Below are positions 13,679 through 27,849 of a DNA stretch of 64,000 nt, piece after piece; the first letter of the stretch is position 1; the number at the start of each line of letters is the position of its first letter. A program made the translations under genes and the position numbers. The DNA comes from a virus. Taxonomy: Duplodnaviria; Heunggongvirae; Uroviricota; Caudoviricetes. The stretch lies in the IMG/VR virus record IMGVR_UViG_3300000228_000007. One strand, 5' to 3'. A model generated the notes under the pieces. That model searched no databases. It was given only the letters and a program-made list of their open reading frames with translations, and was not told where the DNA came from.

Positions 13679-14631
13679 TGGATTCAAAAGATAAAAAAGT
13701 TGAAAAAACTGAACAAAGTGAATTAAAAGAAAATAAATCAGAGGCAATTGCTTTGGAAAAAGATTTTTGAAAATATATGAAGTATTTTTCAATTTTAATA
13801 CTTATTACGCTTTTTGGGTATTTATTGTATCCATTTTTTAACGTACCAGTTTGAAAAATTGGTATTATAGAAAATTTTTTTACAAAAGAGATAAAAATAG
13901 TTAATACTTGATTTCATTTAATAAATCCATTAAGTTCAAAAACTTTATTTAATGGTTGATATGAAGTATTAAGTTTTAATTGATCTATTCCTGAAAAAAG
14001 TAATAACTGAATATATGATAATATAAAAGTTTGAACTGATTATACAAAATTACCATTAGCACAGGCTATAACAAAGGATTGAAATAATCTTTCTATAAAT
14101 ATGGATGTTACTTTTAAGTTAAAATCTAATAATGAATTATTAAAGAATATTTACTCAAAATCAAAAGATAAATACCTTGATATATTTATAATGCCATTGA
14201 TTTCAAAAGCAATGGGTGATGTATTTGGTCGAAAAGATTTTTATTCGGTAGTAAGTTCGCAAGAATCACTTTCTGAAGATATTAAAAAAGCAATTTCAAA
14301 AGAATTTGAAGGTAATGGTTTTGAATTAATAACATATTCTTTTAAGAAGATAGCATATTCAAAAGAACTTGAAAAAAGGGTTGAAGAAATATTTGATTCA
14401 CAAAAAGATAAAAGATTAGCTGAGATGAAAAAAGAAACAACAGAAGCTTTACTTAAAGTCCAAAAAATGGATAGTGATTCAAAACTATCATTATTAAAAG
14501 AGTTGAAAAACTCATGATTAAACGTAGATGATTTTGTCAAAATTAAAACAGTAGAAACTTTTAAAGATAAGTGGAATTGAAATTTTATACCAAAAACATT
14601 GGAAACTATCTTTACGGATAGTAAAAAATAA
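13678..14631 (+). CDS. SPFH/band-7 (HflK/C, stomatin-like) membrane protein
   Basis: N-terminal TM helix followed by a band-7-like core and a coiled-coil C-terminus (EKRVEEIFDSQKDKRLAEMKKETTEALLKVQKM). Track ORF 14101-14517 lies in the same frame. Confidence 0.6.
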
Positions 14632-14726
14632 CAATATATAGTTTTCTTTTTTGAAAAAAAGATATAAAAGATTATATTAAGGATTAATTAAGTAATAAAA
14701 TTTTAAACTTTAATCATATTATAAAT

Positions 14727-17700
14727 ATGTTGAAAAAGATAATATTATCATTCATGACAATCCTTTTGGTAACACAAGGTATTTTTGGTATTGCTAAAGC
14801 AGATGAAATAGATGAATTAAAACAAGAATGGAGAAATATATGAAATCAAATATCAACTATACAAGTTAAGTTAGATAATGATTGATCTTTGTATATGCTT
14901 CCTACATATGCTAATATAAAAAATTTATGAGGATTATTACCAGGTTGATGTATTGATGCGGATCTTTTATCAAGTTCTATTGAAGATAAAACAAATGGAG
15001 CTTATCGTATTAACTGTACCAATGAAATAACATTTAAAAATCTACTAAAATTATTACAAGTAACAACCACTCATTCAATTTATGGTAAGGAATTATCTGA
15101 TTTATATATTCCTAAATACTTTATTCTTGAACAAGAAATAAACGTTAAATCAACAAAGGTTTCTATAGATTCTCTATGAAGAATTTGGTATAATAATCCT
15201 GAAAAACAATCTATCATAAAAATTTTTGATCCAGATTTTTGAAATGATTCAGATTGAAATGAATGAACTTATGAAAAAACATTATATAAATATGATTCTT
15301 TTACTCCAAATACTTGAATTGAAGTATTTTGATTAGATTGAGATAGATTATCACCAGAAACGTTAAGAATGTGAACTTATTCAATAGAGCATTATATGAC
15401 ATCTGATGAAAGAGATAAAGCTTATGATTCAACACCATTATTTTGAAGTTCTACAAATACCTTAAAATACACATTAAATTATTTTAATGATTTAATGGAA
15501 GAAAAAGCATTTCGTGAAATTTGTAATAAAAATACATTAACAAATTTATATAAAAATGATGATTTAGCAAATACTATATCTATTAGTTTTCGTAATTTTT
15601 TAGGAGAATTAGATGATAGAGTTTCTATGATTAATAGTTGAGATTGCGGTGGAATAACATGATTAAGAACAACAAATTGAAGTGCAAATTCAGCATATAT
15701 AAAAGATAATTGATCTATAAAAATAAATGTCAGTGGAACAACGCCAGTATTGGATATACTAAGATCAACAACTAATGATTGGAATTCTACAAATAAAGCC
15801 GGATGAAAAGTATGGTTGGCTAATATTGATAAAAATCAATCAGATGGTGATTGGATTAATATTAATGTTCCTAATGTTTGAGTTATATGAAATAAAAGAA
15901 ATTATAGTTCTACTGATAATTCTTTTATTAAAGAATGGTTAAGTGGTAAAACGGTAAAATTATATTATTTAGTTAAAATGACTTCCTATTTTCCATGAAA
16001 ACCTGATTTATATAATAAATATACGTCTTGATTAGATCCCATGAATAATGATTGGTATGATTATAATAATCACTCATGAAATTTACCAAAAAACTATTTA
16101 TATGCATGACACGTTTCAAAAGTTTCAGGAGGTCGTGATTGAGTTTGAGATGCTAACTATTTCGTAATGTTATGATCTAAAAGTCTAGGTAATCCAGAAG
16201 CATCAACAATATATGCATTATCAGCACCTTGATATTCTCAAAAATGAAGTAATATTAGAGATCGATTAACAGATGATAATACTGCTGCTAAAACGCGTGC
16301 TCAGAATTTACATTTAAATATATCTCAATGATATATGGAAACTGAAAGATCTAATAAATCAAATAAATGACCTGACATTACGTTATTGAGTCCAGTTCGT
16401 AATATACCAGATCCAAAAGGTAATACTGTTCATCATTTATTTAGAAATTATGATGCAGATATGGAACTTAATCCAACGTCTAATACTAATAATTATGAAC
16501 AAAATTTAAATTATGTATTAGCTTATGTTTCAAATACTTCAACATTAGCATTTGCAAGAAATTCATTCTCTGCAGACTGATTATTAAATTGAGTGTCTAT
16601 TGCTTCAAAATTTTGGTATAATACATCACAGGATAATGAATTAATTCAAAGAAGTTGAAGCGATGTCTGTTCACCAGATATTAATAATGGAACTTTCTGG
16701 GGTTGATTATATTCATTATATGATTCTTTTAGTGCAAGTTCATGTCCTGATATTATTCAAAAACAAACAATAAGTTCAAATTATAATTGATCAAATTTTT
16801 ATCAACAATTTGAAGCTTGATTAACAAAAGAGTTATGATGATCTCAAACATCAGAGGGTTTATTGCTACAAACAATATTAAATGCTTGAGATGTAGAAGT
16901 TTATAATCAAATTTACACTAATACAAACTATGTTGTTTGATTACCCAACAAGGACCCTATAAAATGTAAAATAGATTTATATAAAATCCCTGTAAAAAGC
17001 AACTTTTGATATGATAATATTTTTACAAGTAAAAAAGATTTATCTACTGATTTGGTTTATTCTACTCCATCAAATATATTTACCAGTAGCCCTGCATCAT
17101 ATGTAGACACTACTATATTAAATTCATTAATGTGAAAAACTTATAATAAACCTGCTGAAACTGCATATAATAATTCTCAATACAAAGGTTCTTCTTGAAA
17201 TGAGCAGGAGTGGCTTTATGGTGAAAAATGAATTGTCACATATAAATGTATGAAAAACAATCAAGATGATGATAATATTGCAGTAACTGTTGTTACATCA
17301 GATAAAAAATACATAAAAACTTGAACAAAGTTTATAGAACAAGCAAATACAAATAAATTATCAACACCACTATTTACATTTAATACAGGGTCTTACTTAG
17401 GTTATAAAAGTAGTGTAATAGAAAGTGATTCAACTGTTTCATCATGAATTCCTTTTGATAATACAAATTGTTCAGCGTGATTTAATAATAATTATATAAT
17501 AAATAACACAATATGATGATTTAATTATACAAAATTAAATGATGCTACATCATGAATTCCCGCTTGAAACACAAGAATTCTTTGAACTTGTCAGGTTGGT
17601 AGATTAACAAAAAATCAATGATTATTTAGATGAGGTATTGAGGTGCAAACAGCAGCGCAAACAACTTTTTGAGCTGTAAAAACTTATGGTAAAATTGACG

Positions 17701-20700
17701 TAATTATTTATGATAAAAATCGTCCATGACAAATTATTGATCAAAAAAGTTATTATATAACTACAACAAAAAAAGATTCAATGGTTATAAGTGCTGATGG
17801 AAAAAATGCTAAATGGACTGACACTACAGCTCGTGGTTCAATAAACCATACTGATGGTATTACTTTCACTATGCAAAATAATTCAACATCTACTATAAAT
17901 TCTACCGACACAACAACATGACTTAATTTAATCATATTTCCTATACAAGCAGCAAAAAAAGCTACGTCAGGAACAATTAATAATTGAGCTTGAATTATAG
18001 GTGCATTAGCATCTTGTACGGCTAATAATGTTGATTGTTGAAATTTAAATGGTTATACAAATACAACTAACTGAATAAAAACTTATTCACAAGATGGTAC
18101 TGCTTATTTAGATTGAGTTTTAGGTGCATGAAATACCGCTTCTCCAAAACTTTCTATTGCTATAAAATCACGAAATTGAAATATTATAAATAATACAATA
18201 GTTTATAAAACAACAAGACATGCTACATCTATTGCCTATGCAATATGAATATCTTGAACACCAGCAACCGAAAAATTTTTAAGAATAATTTTACCTGCTA
18301 ATTATTCAAAATTATGACCTGGTGAAAAAATTGAAGTAACATTAAAAGCTAATACAAATGCTTTTACTGCTATAAATTGGATGAGACCAGAGCAATCACA
18401 AGAAGTAAACCAAGCAACTGCATTTACAGTAATTTGATTAGATGGTTCTACTTTTTTACCTTGAATTAGTTATGCTAATTATAAACCAATAATTATGAAA
18501 ACCATAGCAAATGCTGCTAATCCAGCCGTTTGTAATATGGAATTTCCAACTGTTTGTAGTTGAACAAAATGTATTTGGTCGAGTTGAGATGGTAGAAAAC
18601 TTTACTTATCTGAAGAAGGTATTAGAGCCATTACTGGTGTTCCAACTGCAAAGTGTTGAGATAATATAGGTTGAATAGTTCGTGAATGTATTATTAAAAC
18701 AACACCTAATATATATGCTTGAAATGTAGCCGAAACTACGCCTTATACAGTGCCTTCAAGTGTTTCTTCACCTCAAAAATGAGCATTATATAACTTTTTG
18801 GTTTGATTTGAGTATAAAATGAGGAATTATATAGCGCCAACCTGATATCAATTTGATGCAACAAGATTGTCACCAAAAGCATTCGAAGCAATATATCCAT
18901 TAAAATGAACACCTAGAGTTGTATTTAATGATATAAGTTCTATTGAAAAGAGAAAAGTCATAAAATTTACACAAAACAGAAATAAAGCAATATGACTATC
19001 TCAAGCATCTACATCATCATCTTTAAGTCACACTAATTTTGGTTGAACACCAACATTAACTGCTAAGTCAGTAGCATGATTAACTTCTTGAACTCAAACT
19101 GCCGTAAATAGTATATTTAAGTATCCGAACTTCTGTAACGGTTCAACTGCAAATTGTGATACGACTGCTACTCCATTATGAAATATAAATAATAGTATTT
19201 ATTATTGAGTAAAATGAGTATCTAATGGTAATTCACAAGCAACGGCTTTTATTGAATTTTCATGAGATTCATCTAATTTAATAAACGGATTAGATTTTAG
19301 AAATACTACATGTAAAGTTTGAACAGTAGATTTCGTTACGGCAGATCCACCACCATCACATGGTTATTGTAATGTTTTAAGTCAAGAAGTTCCTAACGGA
19401 TCTAATAATATAAACGTATGTGACCCTAATGCTTCATGAATAGCTACAAACAACTCAATATCACTTGAAGAAGATTTTATACCTTGAAATTATGTTAAGT
19501 ATATACTTCAATGCTGAAATGATGGTTGACAAGATTTTGAATGAGATTTAGAATTTAATATCTCAAATTTTTCAAACTATGCATTAAACGCTTCGTATTT
19601 AATAAGTAATGGTTGAAGTCCATCTATATCAACAACATCAAATTCAGTTAAATTAGAAGGTGTTACTATCCCTTGAAATTCAACATCAAATGTCGAATTA
19701 ACTGTAAACCTAAAAACAAGAACTCCAAGTTGTCCTGATAATTTGCCTGATATGACAACAAATGCAAAACTAACATCTGCAACTTTTCAAAGTGATTTAC
19801 CTTCAACAACAAACTCATTATCATTTAGGGAATGTAAAGTTCCAACATTAAACCTTAACTGAGTTAGAGTTACTGACTGAAATGTTAATAATGATATAAT
19901 TCAAGACAGTTATACTAGTGCTTATCCATTTGAGTTTTCTCAATGTGGAAATCAATTAAGATACGAACTAGAGTGAAACTATGAATGTTATGAACCAAAC
20001 TCTGCTAAAATAAGTGTAACATATGATGTATGAAATAAAACTGATGGAATATGATTATGAAGAGATCCTGTATCAAGTATTTTTGCTTGAAATTTATATA
20101 CAGTTGCTCCAAATATAATATGAACCACATGAGTTAATTGGAATATGTGATGATATAATCATGTGTGAAGCCCATCAGGTTCTTTTTGACCGAGTGTATC
20201 AATTAATCCAACAGCATGATGAGATTTTAGAATGACAAATTCTTCATTTACGGTTTCAAATGTTGGTTCTCCTAATACGAAGATTAAATCACCTACTGGA
20301 GCATTTACTAAAATAAATTCAACACAATGGTTATCTTCACCTATGAATATGCAAATTGGTTTAGACCCAGTAGTTTCAGGTCAAAAAATTTATGATAATT
20401 GAATATATCAAGATACAGACTTTAATACTGTAAAATTACATAAAGAAGAAATTGATGGAACATCAAAAAAAGTTATAAAAACTTGAACTGGAAATTATGA
20501 ACCTATTATATTTGAGGCAAAAGTTGATAACCCTATAAAAAACCAATCAACATATTGAATGAGCCAATTAATGTTTGATATGTCATTAAATCCAAATACA
20601 GCTTCTTACTTTGATAAGGTTGATACAAATATTCCTACTTCTTGAAGCAATATATATGTAAAATATTGAGAACCATTATGGCAAAATCAAATTTTAGCGC

Positions 20701-23700
20701 CGGGGAATTCAATAAGTTATAAATGATGATTTAATGTAATACCTAATTTAAAAACACCTAATTTAACTCCTGCAAACACTTTATATCAAGCAAACTGAAC
20801 TCCTATGTTAAAATTTGCCAATGATCAAGGTGTGGCGTGTAATTTTAATCAATGATTTACGAATTGGACAAGTGAAATAATGAAAAATCCTATAACTATA
20901 TCAAGTATAACATTTGCCGATGAAGCACCTAATTCTATAACACCTGCTACAGATGAAATATCAGGAACTCCATTTGAACAACACTTACCTTGAGATACTA
21001 TATTATTAAACATATTGTTTAATAACAATAACTCTACAAGAAACTTTAATGATACTTATGTAAAATTTACATTTGATAATACATGAAGTTGAAAAATTGA
21101 TGTTCCTGCTATGAACTTTGATTTCACAAAAATATTTACAGTTCAATGAGTAGAATCTTGAGGGTGGATTACATTAAATGATAATTCTGCAAAATGTAAA
21201 GTTACGGCTACAACATTAATGTGTCAATTGATAGATAAAATAAATTATCAATCTACAAAAACATTAAAAATACCTTTACTTATAAATATAGAAAGTAATT
21301 TCTATCAACAATTAAAAACACAACCAAATACTAAAAATTGGAAATATTGGTATCCTACTGTGATTTCAAAAATTGAATATGGAACTCCTGATTTGAACTT
21401 AATAAATAATGTTGTTTATTATACTTCTTGAGAAAATGAATTACCTTCTGGTTGAATAAGAGATGATATTGAAACAGATGACTTCAATAATCCAATAAAC
21501 AAAACTCTTCCTGCTGAACCATTAGATTGAAAATATTCTTTCTATGTAGGTATGCCATATGCATCTATTGTAACAAGCTATTATAACGCTTCCGTTTGAA
21601 ATATATCACCTTGAGATATCTTGGTTTATAAAACTAAGATATCTAATATAGGTAAAGCATCTTTAAAAAATCCATATATTTTACAAAATCTATTTCCATT
21701 AGGATTAAAGGATAATTGGGTCGATGTTGAAGTTAATAAAGTAAGATTTACACCAAGATTAAATAAAACAAATATTTGACCTGAGGTAACAATAGACTTT
21801 AAAGCATTGAATACTGATGCTAACGCTACTAATGATGTTGATGTAAAAAATATTTGAATAATAGCGTTTAAAGAATGATTAGATGTCGATAAGTTTGATG
21901 TTTCTGTTTGAAATAGAATTGATACAAAGGCTGATAAAGAATTTGTTTTAATAGACGGTTCAAATACATTAACTGACGGTTGAGATATTGAACTTACTAC
22001 TGAAATGAAAATAGTAAAATTAAAAAATGGGAAAAGACCACAAATTGATTGTACTTCTCCTACCTCATGTTTGAGAGCAAATAAAAATCCTAAATCAGAA
22101 GAAGTGAGATGAGCAATAGATTTACCATTTGTATGAACATCAGTAGATGAAAATGATACTAAAACATATAGTGTTCATTTTCCTATATTAAAATCACAAT
22201 TATTTGCTAAATCATGAAATGATTATAGATATACTGACTGAGCAAATGCTGAAATTAAAGGTATGTTAAATAATGATAATACTACGGTAACATATAGACT
22301 TGATAACTTTATATCTCAAGAGTATACAAATCACAATACTGAAAAAATAGGTAAAGCCAGAAATGTTAAATCATACGTAAGACTTCCTATGTGAGTAAAA
22401 TATGTTCCAGGTAGTGTTAAAAGAATTGATAATATAGTTGACGGTGTTAATGATCCCTTATATAATACGATAACTCCTTTAGTAACAGATCCAATAATAA
22501 CAGAATACTCTGATTATGGACTTATTAATTGGACTTCTACAAATACATTTGATAATACGTTTTTAACAAACACTGATTGGAACAAAGTTCCTGGTTCAAA
22601 TGATAATCAATTTCAATATATGAAATGAACGCCATTTAAGTTTAATTACTTTAATAGAAATTATAACTATTATAGAATTACTGATGATGGTGCATTAACA
22701 TTGGGATATGTTGTAGATCCAATAAATCCTACAAATTTGAATGAATCACAATTCTATACAGATAAAAGAAATTGAACAATGCATACTACGTGACCAGTTA
22801 GTATTACTTTTGATAGAATTAAACAATGATTAATAATACCAAACGGATTACAATATACTAACGAAAAATGAGAATATAAATTGTCAGATGGTATAAATCC
22901 TATTACTGTATGAAAAAATTCTACTATTACTTTAAATGGTAGTAATACGGTATCGTTTACACAAGGTCTTGAAGGTGTAACTTACATTTGAAGTAATGTT
23001 GATATATTTAAATCAAATATTGATTATAATACCATTGCTACACAATGGAAAAATTATGCTATAATATCACCTGCTTTCATAAAACTTGATTTAACTAAAA
23101 AATCAGAACATGGTGTTTATGAAAAAGTAGTTAGAGATTGAGCTTGAAAAGTTACGGAAATATGGTATCAATGGTTTGGTTATGTTGAATGAACTAATAA
23201 AGAGGTTAAGTTTGGTATAGTATTATATAACTGAACTAAATATAATAATATTAAATTTATTTATGGTGATATAGATAATACCTTAACTATACCTATAATA
23301 TCTTGATTATCTTCATGAAGATGAAATGTTTCTTGAACATATTCTTTTAGTTCTTATAATGGATTACAATTAAGAAATCTTTCAAATAAGGATGATATTG
23401 AATTTGATGCATCACCAGTAAATGTGTATCAAGAATTAGTATTTGATGTATGATATCCTGCAGATTGAGCAGATGCTGTGAGTGATCCAGTAGTAATGTA
23501 TCAAGAAAAGAATTCATTAGGGGCTTATGTAAAATGACCTGGTAAAGACCAAACTTCATACATATTCCAATTCAATGTAAGAATTACTACAACAGATTTA
23601 GTATGTTGAAGCGAATACTCAACATCAGATGGTTGAAATACTCTTTCTTGGGGTAAAATATCTTCTTCAAGAAGTGATAAGGATGATATAGACCAATTCT

Positions 23701-26015
23701 GTTTTTCTTCATTAAAACCTTCTATAAAAATACTGGATAATGGTTCTTATTCAAGATGAGGTTATAAAACATCATCAAATAACTGTACGGTTAATCACTT
23801 ATCTCTTATGTGATTTAATGCAAGAGCAATCTGATGGAATAAATCATTGACATCAGCATGATGTTGGCTAACTTATAATATTCAAAATGTTCAAAAAGAC
23901 CTTTCAATAAATACAATATCTCCTTATGACTTATTGGCAAAATTCAAAGAAAAAACTGATATTAGACCAGTAGATACTTCACTAACATTGAATGATAAAA
24001 AAATAACATTTACATTATCAAAAGATATAAAAGTTAAAACTTCAATGTGAACATATATAGATATAAATACTTATATTCCATGATTTCAAAATCTTGGTTT
24101 CAAAATCTTAGCAAAAAATGTATTCTTTATATATGGTAATGATTCTACTAATTGATACTTATTAAGAAGTTCAAATGAATGAGATTCTTATGATATAATA
24201 TATAAATCAGTATGAAAGAAAATAGTAAAATCATATATATCAGATATATTAAATATTATATTCTTCAATGATTGAAAATTTGTAAGAGATACAAATGGTG
24301 GTTCTTGACCTTGGTCTTCAATGATGACATTGGTTGATTACAATTGAATAAATGATATATGATTTTTAAGTAGTATGAATTGATTTGTGTTATGAAACAA
24401 TTGAATTATGTGGAAAACTCAAGATGGGGGTCAATCATTTGAAAAAATTAACTTAAAAGTTACTAATAATCTTTGAATAGGGGAAAGTATTACAAGTATT
24501 GATACGTATGGATGAAAAGATATATGGTTATCTACCTCGCTTTGAAATGTATTATATAGTTCAAATGCATGAACTCTATTTACAAAGAAAACTTCATGAG
24601 CTAGTGTTGATACTAAAATATTCTGATATGAAGATTGAGCTCAAACAGCTGTTAATGTTAGTGTAAATAATGTAGTATGAAATACTATGCAAGGCGTAGA
24701 TACTATTGATAATGGGATGTCTATTAAATTTGACAACCTTAACTTTATGCTTACCGGAAAATGATACAAATGAGTATCAACGATCATCCCCGCAAATGGT
24801 GAAATGTTGCATTATACAACGACTAATATAATTGACTTTACTCCCTATATTACAAATAACTATGTTAATGCCGATTTATATTTAGATGTTTATGTTTCAA
24901 ATATAGAAAAGACAGGAGATTTATGAGATATCGTATTTAAAGATAATGGTCAGACAACAACTTTGTGAATAAGTGATGTTAAACAGTTCAATATTGATGG
25001 TTCAAATACTTTGAAAACTTGATGGAATACCATTAAAGTTCCTGTAAGAAATTTAAATACTCCTTGAAAATGGGATCAAAGTTGAAATAACTGGGCTAAT
25101 ATAAGTCGTATTGAAATATGGAATATTCCTTCCGCAAATAAAAATATGCAAGGTTCATACTTTGTAGTAAGTAATCTACGCTTAGCACCTATTACAAATC
25201 TTTCGAATATACAAACTGTATATTTATTTCCAGATTGAAATATGTCAAAAGTAGTTCAAGATGAAATTATAAGCTTTAATGGTGTTGCTAATACAAGTAA
25301 TAGATTTTCATTATCTGCATTCAAAAAATCAGATAATACATTAGACTGATACTTAACATTAGACTTATATGTTTCTGATACATCTGCTGAATTTCCAAGA
25401 GCATTAAAGTTATGAAATTCTAATAATAATGCTATTATATGGAATAATCTTGCTACGTTTGTAAAATGATGAACAGTTAAATCTTGATGGAATACTTTAA
25501 TATTACCATTTAAAGAAACCTGAAATTCAAATATTACTTATACTAATAAGTATGATATAAATTGGTGAAGTATTGATTTATTTAAGATATTCATGTATAA
25601 TACGACTCATACAAAATATTCATTATTCGCTATTGATAATATAATATATTCATCAACTGCAAATACTTCGTTTAATTTTATAAGATTCTTTAATACAAAA
25701 GAATGAGTTGCTTATGACCAAAATAAAACATATATAACATCTGATAATATTACTTGGTGAAATAATGAAGTTCATACAGAACCATGATTATCATTCATTA
25801 ATATAGTTAGATTGAAATGACGTGAAGTTTATGGAGTTGCAAATTCGTCAAATGGTTGGATATCATATTACTCATTAGACAAATGAAAAAACTCAAAAAA
25901 ATATTCTTCTGCTTCTTGAATTAACTTTAACTCTTTTGATGCTTTTGACTATGATTATTGATTTTCAATATCAAGTAATAATAAACTTTATAGAATGGAT
26001 TTAGTCCCAAATTAG
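14727..26015 (+). CDS. giant secreted surface protein (~3,760 aa), N/S/T/G-rich with repeated C-terminal modules
   Basis: A single frame-3 ORF from ATG 14727 to TAG 26013-26015 when TGA is sense; track fragments 16386-16580 and 21219-21431 share the frame. Signal peptide MLKKIILSFMTILLVTQGIFGIAKA. No TAA/TAG was seen on manual read-through. C-terminal modules repeat the motif G(W)NT(I/L)..P... Confidence 0.7.
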
Positions 26016-26076
26016 AGATAATAAAAAGTCACTAATTTAAGCCAAAAAAATTAAAATTTTAGCTCTATAAAGCTAA

Positions 26077-26106
26077 AAAAGACAGATGTAAAAACCTGTC
26101 TTTTTT
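26077..26106. terminator. rho-independent-type hairpin (gacag...ctgtc) with flanking A/T runs, bidirectional
   Basis: aaaagacagatgtaaaaacctgtctttttt lies between the giant gene (+) and a convergent small gene (-). Confidence 0.5.
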
Positions 26107-26117
26107 ATAAAAAAGTT

Positions 26118-26146
26118 TTGACTTTGATAAAAATTTTTATATACTA
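26118..26146 (+). promoter_or_regulatory. sigma70-like promoter candidate TTGACT-16nt-TATACT
   Basis: ttgactttgataaaaatttttatatact. TTGACT boxes recur at 26625, 33901 and 59647/59676. Confidence 0.3.
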
Positions 26147-26216
26147 ACTTTATCAAATCAAGAGATAAATTTTATTAAAAATCTTAAAAATTGGATACGA
26201 AAAAAAAGAAAAAGAA

Positions 26217-26516
26217 TTAAGCGAAAAATAAAACAAGTAAATAAATTAAAATCATAACTTCAGAAAAATTAATCAAAAAATTTTTTGAAGAACGTAAAAT
26301 ACTTACACTTAATAAGACACTTAAAATTACAGAAGCAAAAAGTATTAAACCAATTCCAAAAAAAGCAAAAACGATTTTTACAAAAAACGGAATAAGTAAA
26401 GATAATAAAAACATTAAGGCTGTTTTATTAACTTTAATATCACCAGCTCCAGTATGACTTATATTGGAGTTTTTTACGTTTTCATATGTATAATTTTTTG
26501 AATGAAATGCTGACAT
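26217..26516 (-). CDS. small hypothetical membrane protein (~99 aa)
   Basis: Track ORF, two hydrophobic helices, genuine TAA stop. Own TTGACT/TATATA-like promoter upstream on the minus strand (~26560-26590). Confidence 0.5.
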   Translation of the reverse strand: MSAFHSKNYTYENVKNSNISHTGAGDIKVNKTALMFLLSLLIPFFVKIVFAFFGIGLILFASVILSVLLSVSILRSSKNFLINFSEVMILIYLLVLFFA

Positions 26517-26698
26517 ATTTTTTAATATTATTAATATAATTAAGAGCGCACCATTAGTAATCGTAGATAATATATACGAGTTAACACAAAAGTCAAGAGT
26601 TTTTTTAACTTTTTTACAAAAAGATTTGACTTTTAGTAAAAACGGTGCTTATCTCTTAATTTTTATATTAGGTAGTTTTTAATAATTAAAATAATGAA

Positions 26699-26728
26699 AA
26701 ACTGGAGTAATTACTCCAGTTTTTTTTA
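26699..26728. terminator. perfect palindromic hairpin aactggagtaattactccagtt + T8, bidirectional terminator
   Basis: Read directly. Lies just downstream of the minus-strand phosphatase gene. Confidence 0.6.
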
Positions 26729-26758
26729 TGAGATAAGTTTATTATAATCAGAAACTTC

Positions 26759-27799
26759 TGAAACTTTTCATTCATTAAATGTATCAATTCTTACATATCA
26801 TATATTTCAAAAATCATAAGATCTATCACACCTTATAACAACATCGTATAATTCTTTAACACTTGGCTTTTCGTGATTATAGTAACTATCTGCTTGGTTT
26901 CACCAATGTCAAACAAGCATTCTTATTATACCTTGAGATTTTAAGTATTTTTTTAATGTATTTATATAAATAGTGCTATCTCATTCTTTACCCCAATAAT
27001 ATTTACTGTTATTATACCACGTTGGAATAAAATGAGTTATATTTCACTTCATACTTGCTGATTTAGCTTTATTAATGATTTTTCATTCATTTTCCATTTT
27101 TTCATATATAACTTCTGCCATCCAATTATCTATTACTGAAAGTCTATATAAAACTTTTTCATCAAGTCTCTTAAATCATGCATTTATTTTTTTATATAAT
27201 CGATTCAATCTTCATAATTATCACCTTCAATCCACTCATATTTTTCCCCTACAATAGGAACCGTCTGATAAAATAGGTAATCATCGATGCACTATTAAAT
27301 GTTTGTCTTGAATGTTTAATATATTTCATTTTTCAAACAAAAAATCAGCAATAAAATCAGCATAGTCTTCCCATTTTTCAAAAGTGTCTTCATATCAATA
27401 CTCATGAGTAAAATCAGCATTTTTATAATTAGCTTTTATCGATTCAAGAGTTCTATCCCACCATTATAAAATAATTGGTCATAAAAAATTCACTGTAATA
27501 TTTCACGAGATCTTTCATCTTTTATATTCTCTATTGATAATTTTTTTATTTTACTATTTGAATTTTTTATGCATTCACCATCAAAGTATGAAAAATAAAT
27601 CATGATTACCTAAAGTAATAGTAATTTTATCATTTTTTGCCATTTCTAAGACAGTTTGAAATACTTCATGGATGTTTAGTCATCTATCAAAAATATCTCA
27701 CGCTAAAACAAATTTTTCATCATTTCAGTATTTTTCTTCAAGCATTTTCACCATAGGTTTGAAATTTGGGCTTGAGTGTATATCTGCTATCACTATCAT
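26759..27799 (-). CDS. PPP-family metallophosphatase (Ser/Thr phosphatase or ApaH-like)
   Basis: MIVIADIHSS (GDxHG-like), LAGDIFDRG (GDxxDRG) and LGNHD (GNHE) motifs in order. Stop TAG confirmed at 26759-26761. Confidence 0.6.
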
Positions 27800-27849
27800 A
27801 TATAGTAAAAAATCAAAATAAAAAGAATAGGTTTATATTTTCCTTATTA

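Noticed and set aside
26590-26660. Repeated aaaag(t/a)...ttgact motifs at 26110, 26580 and 26625 as a repeat family or mobile-element ends
   Set aside because: They are short, imperfect and fit ordinary -35 (TTGACT) promoter boxes for the flanking genes.
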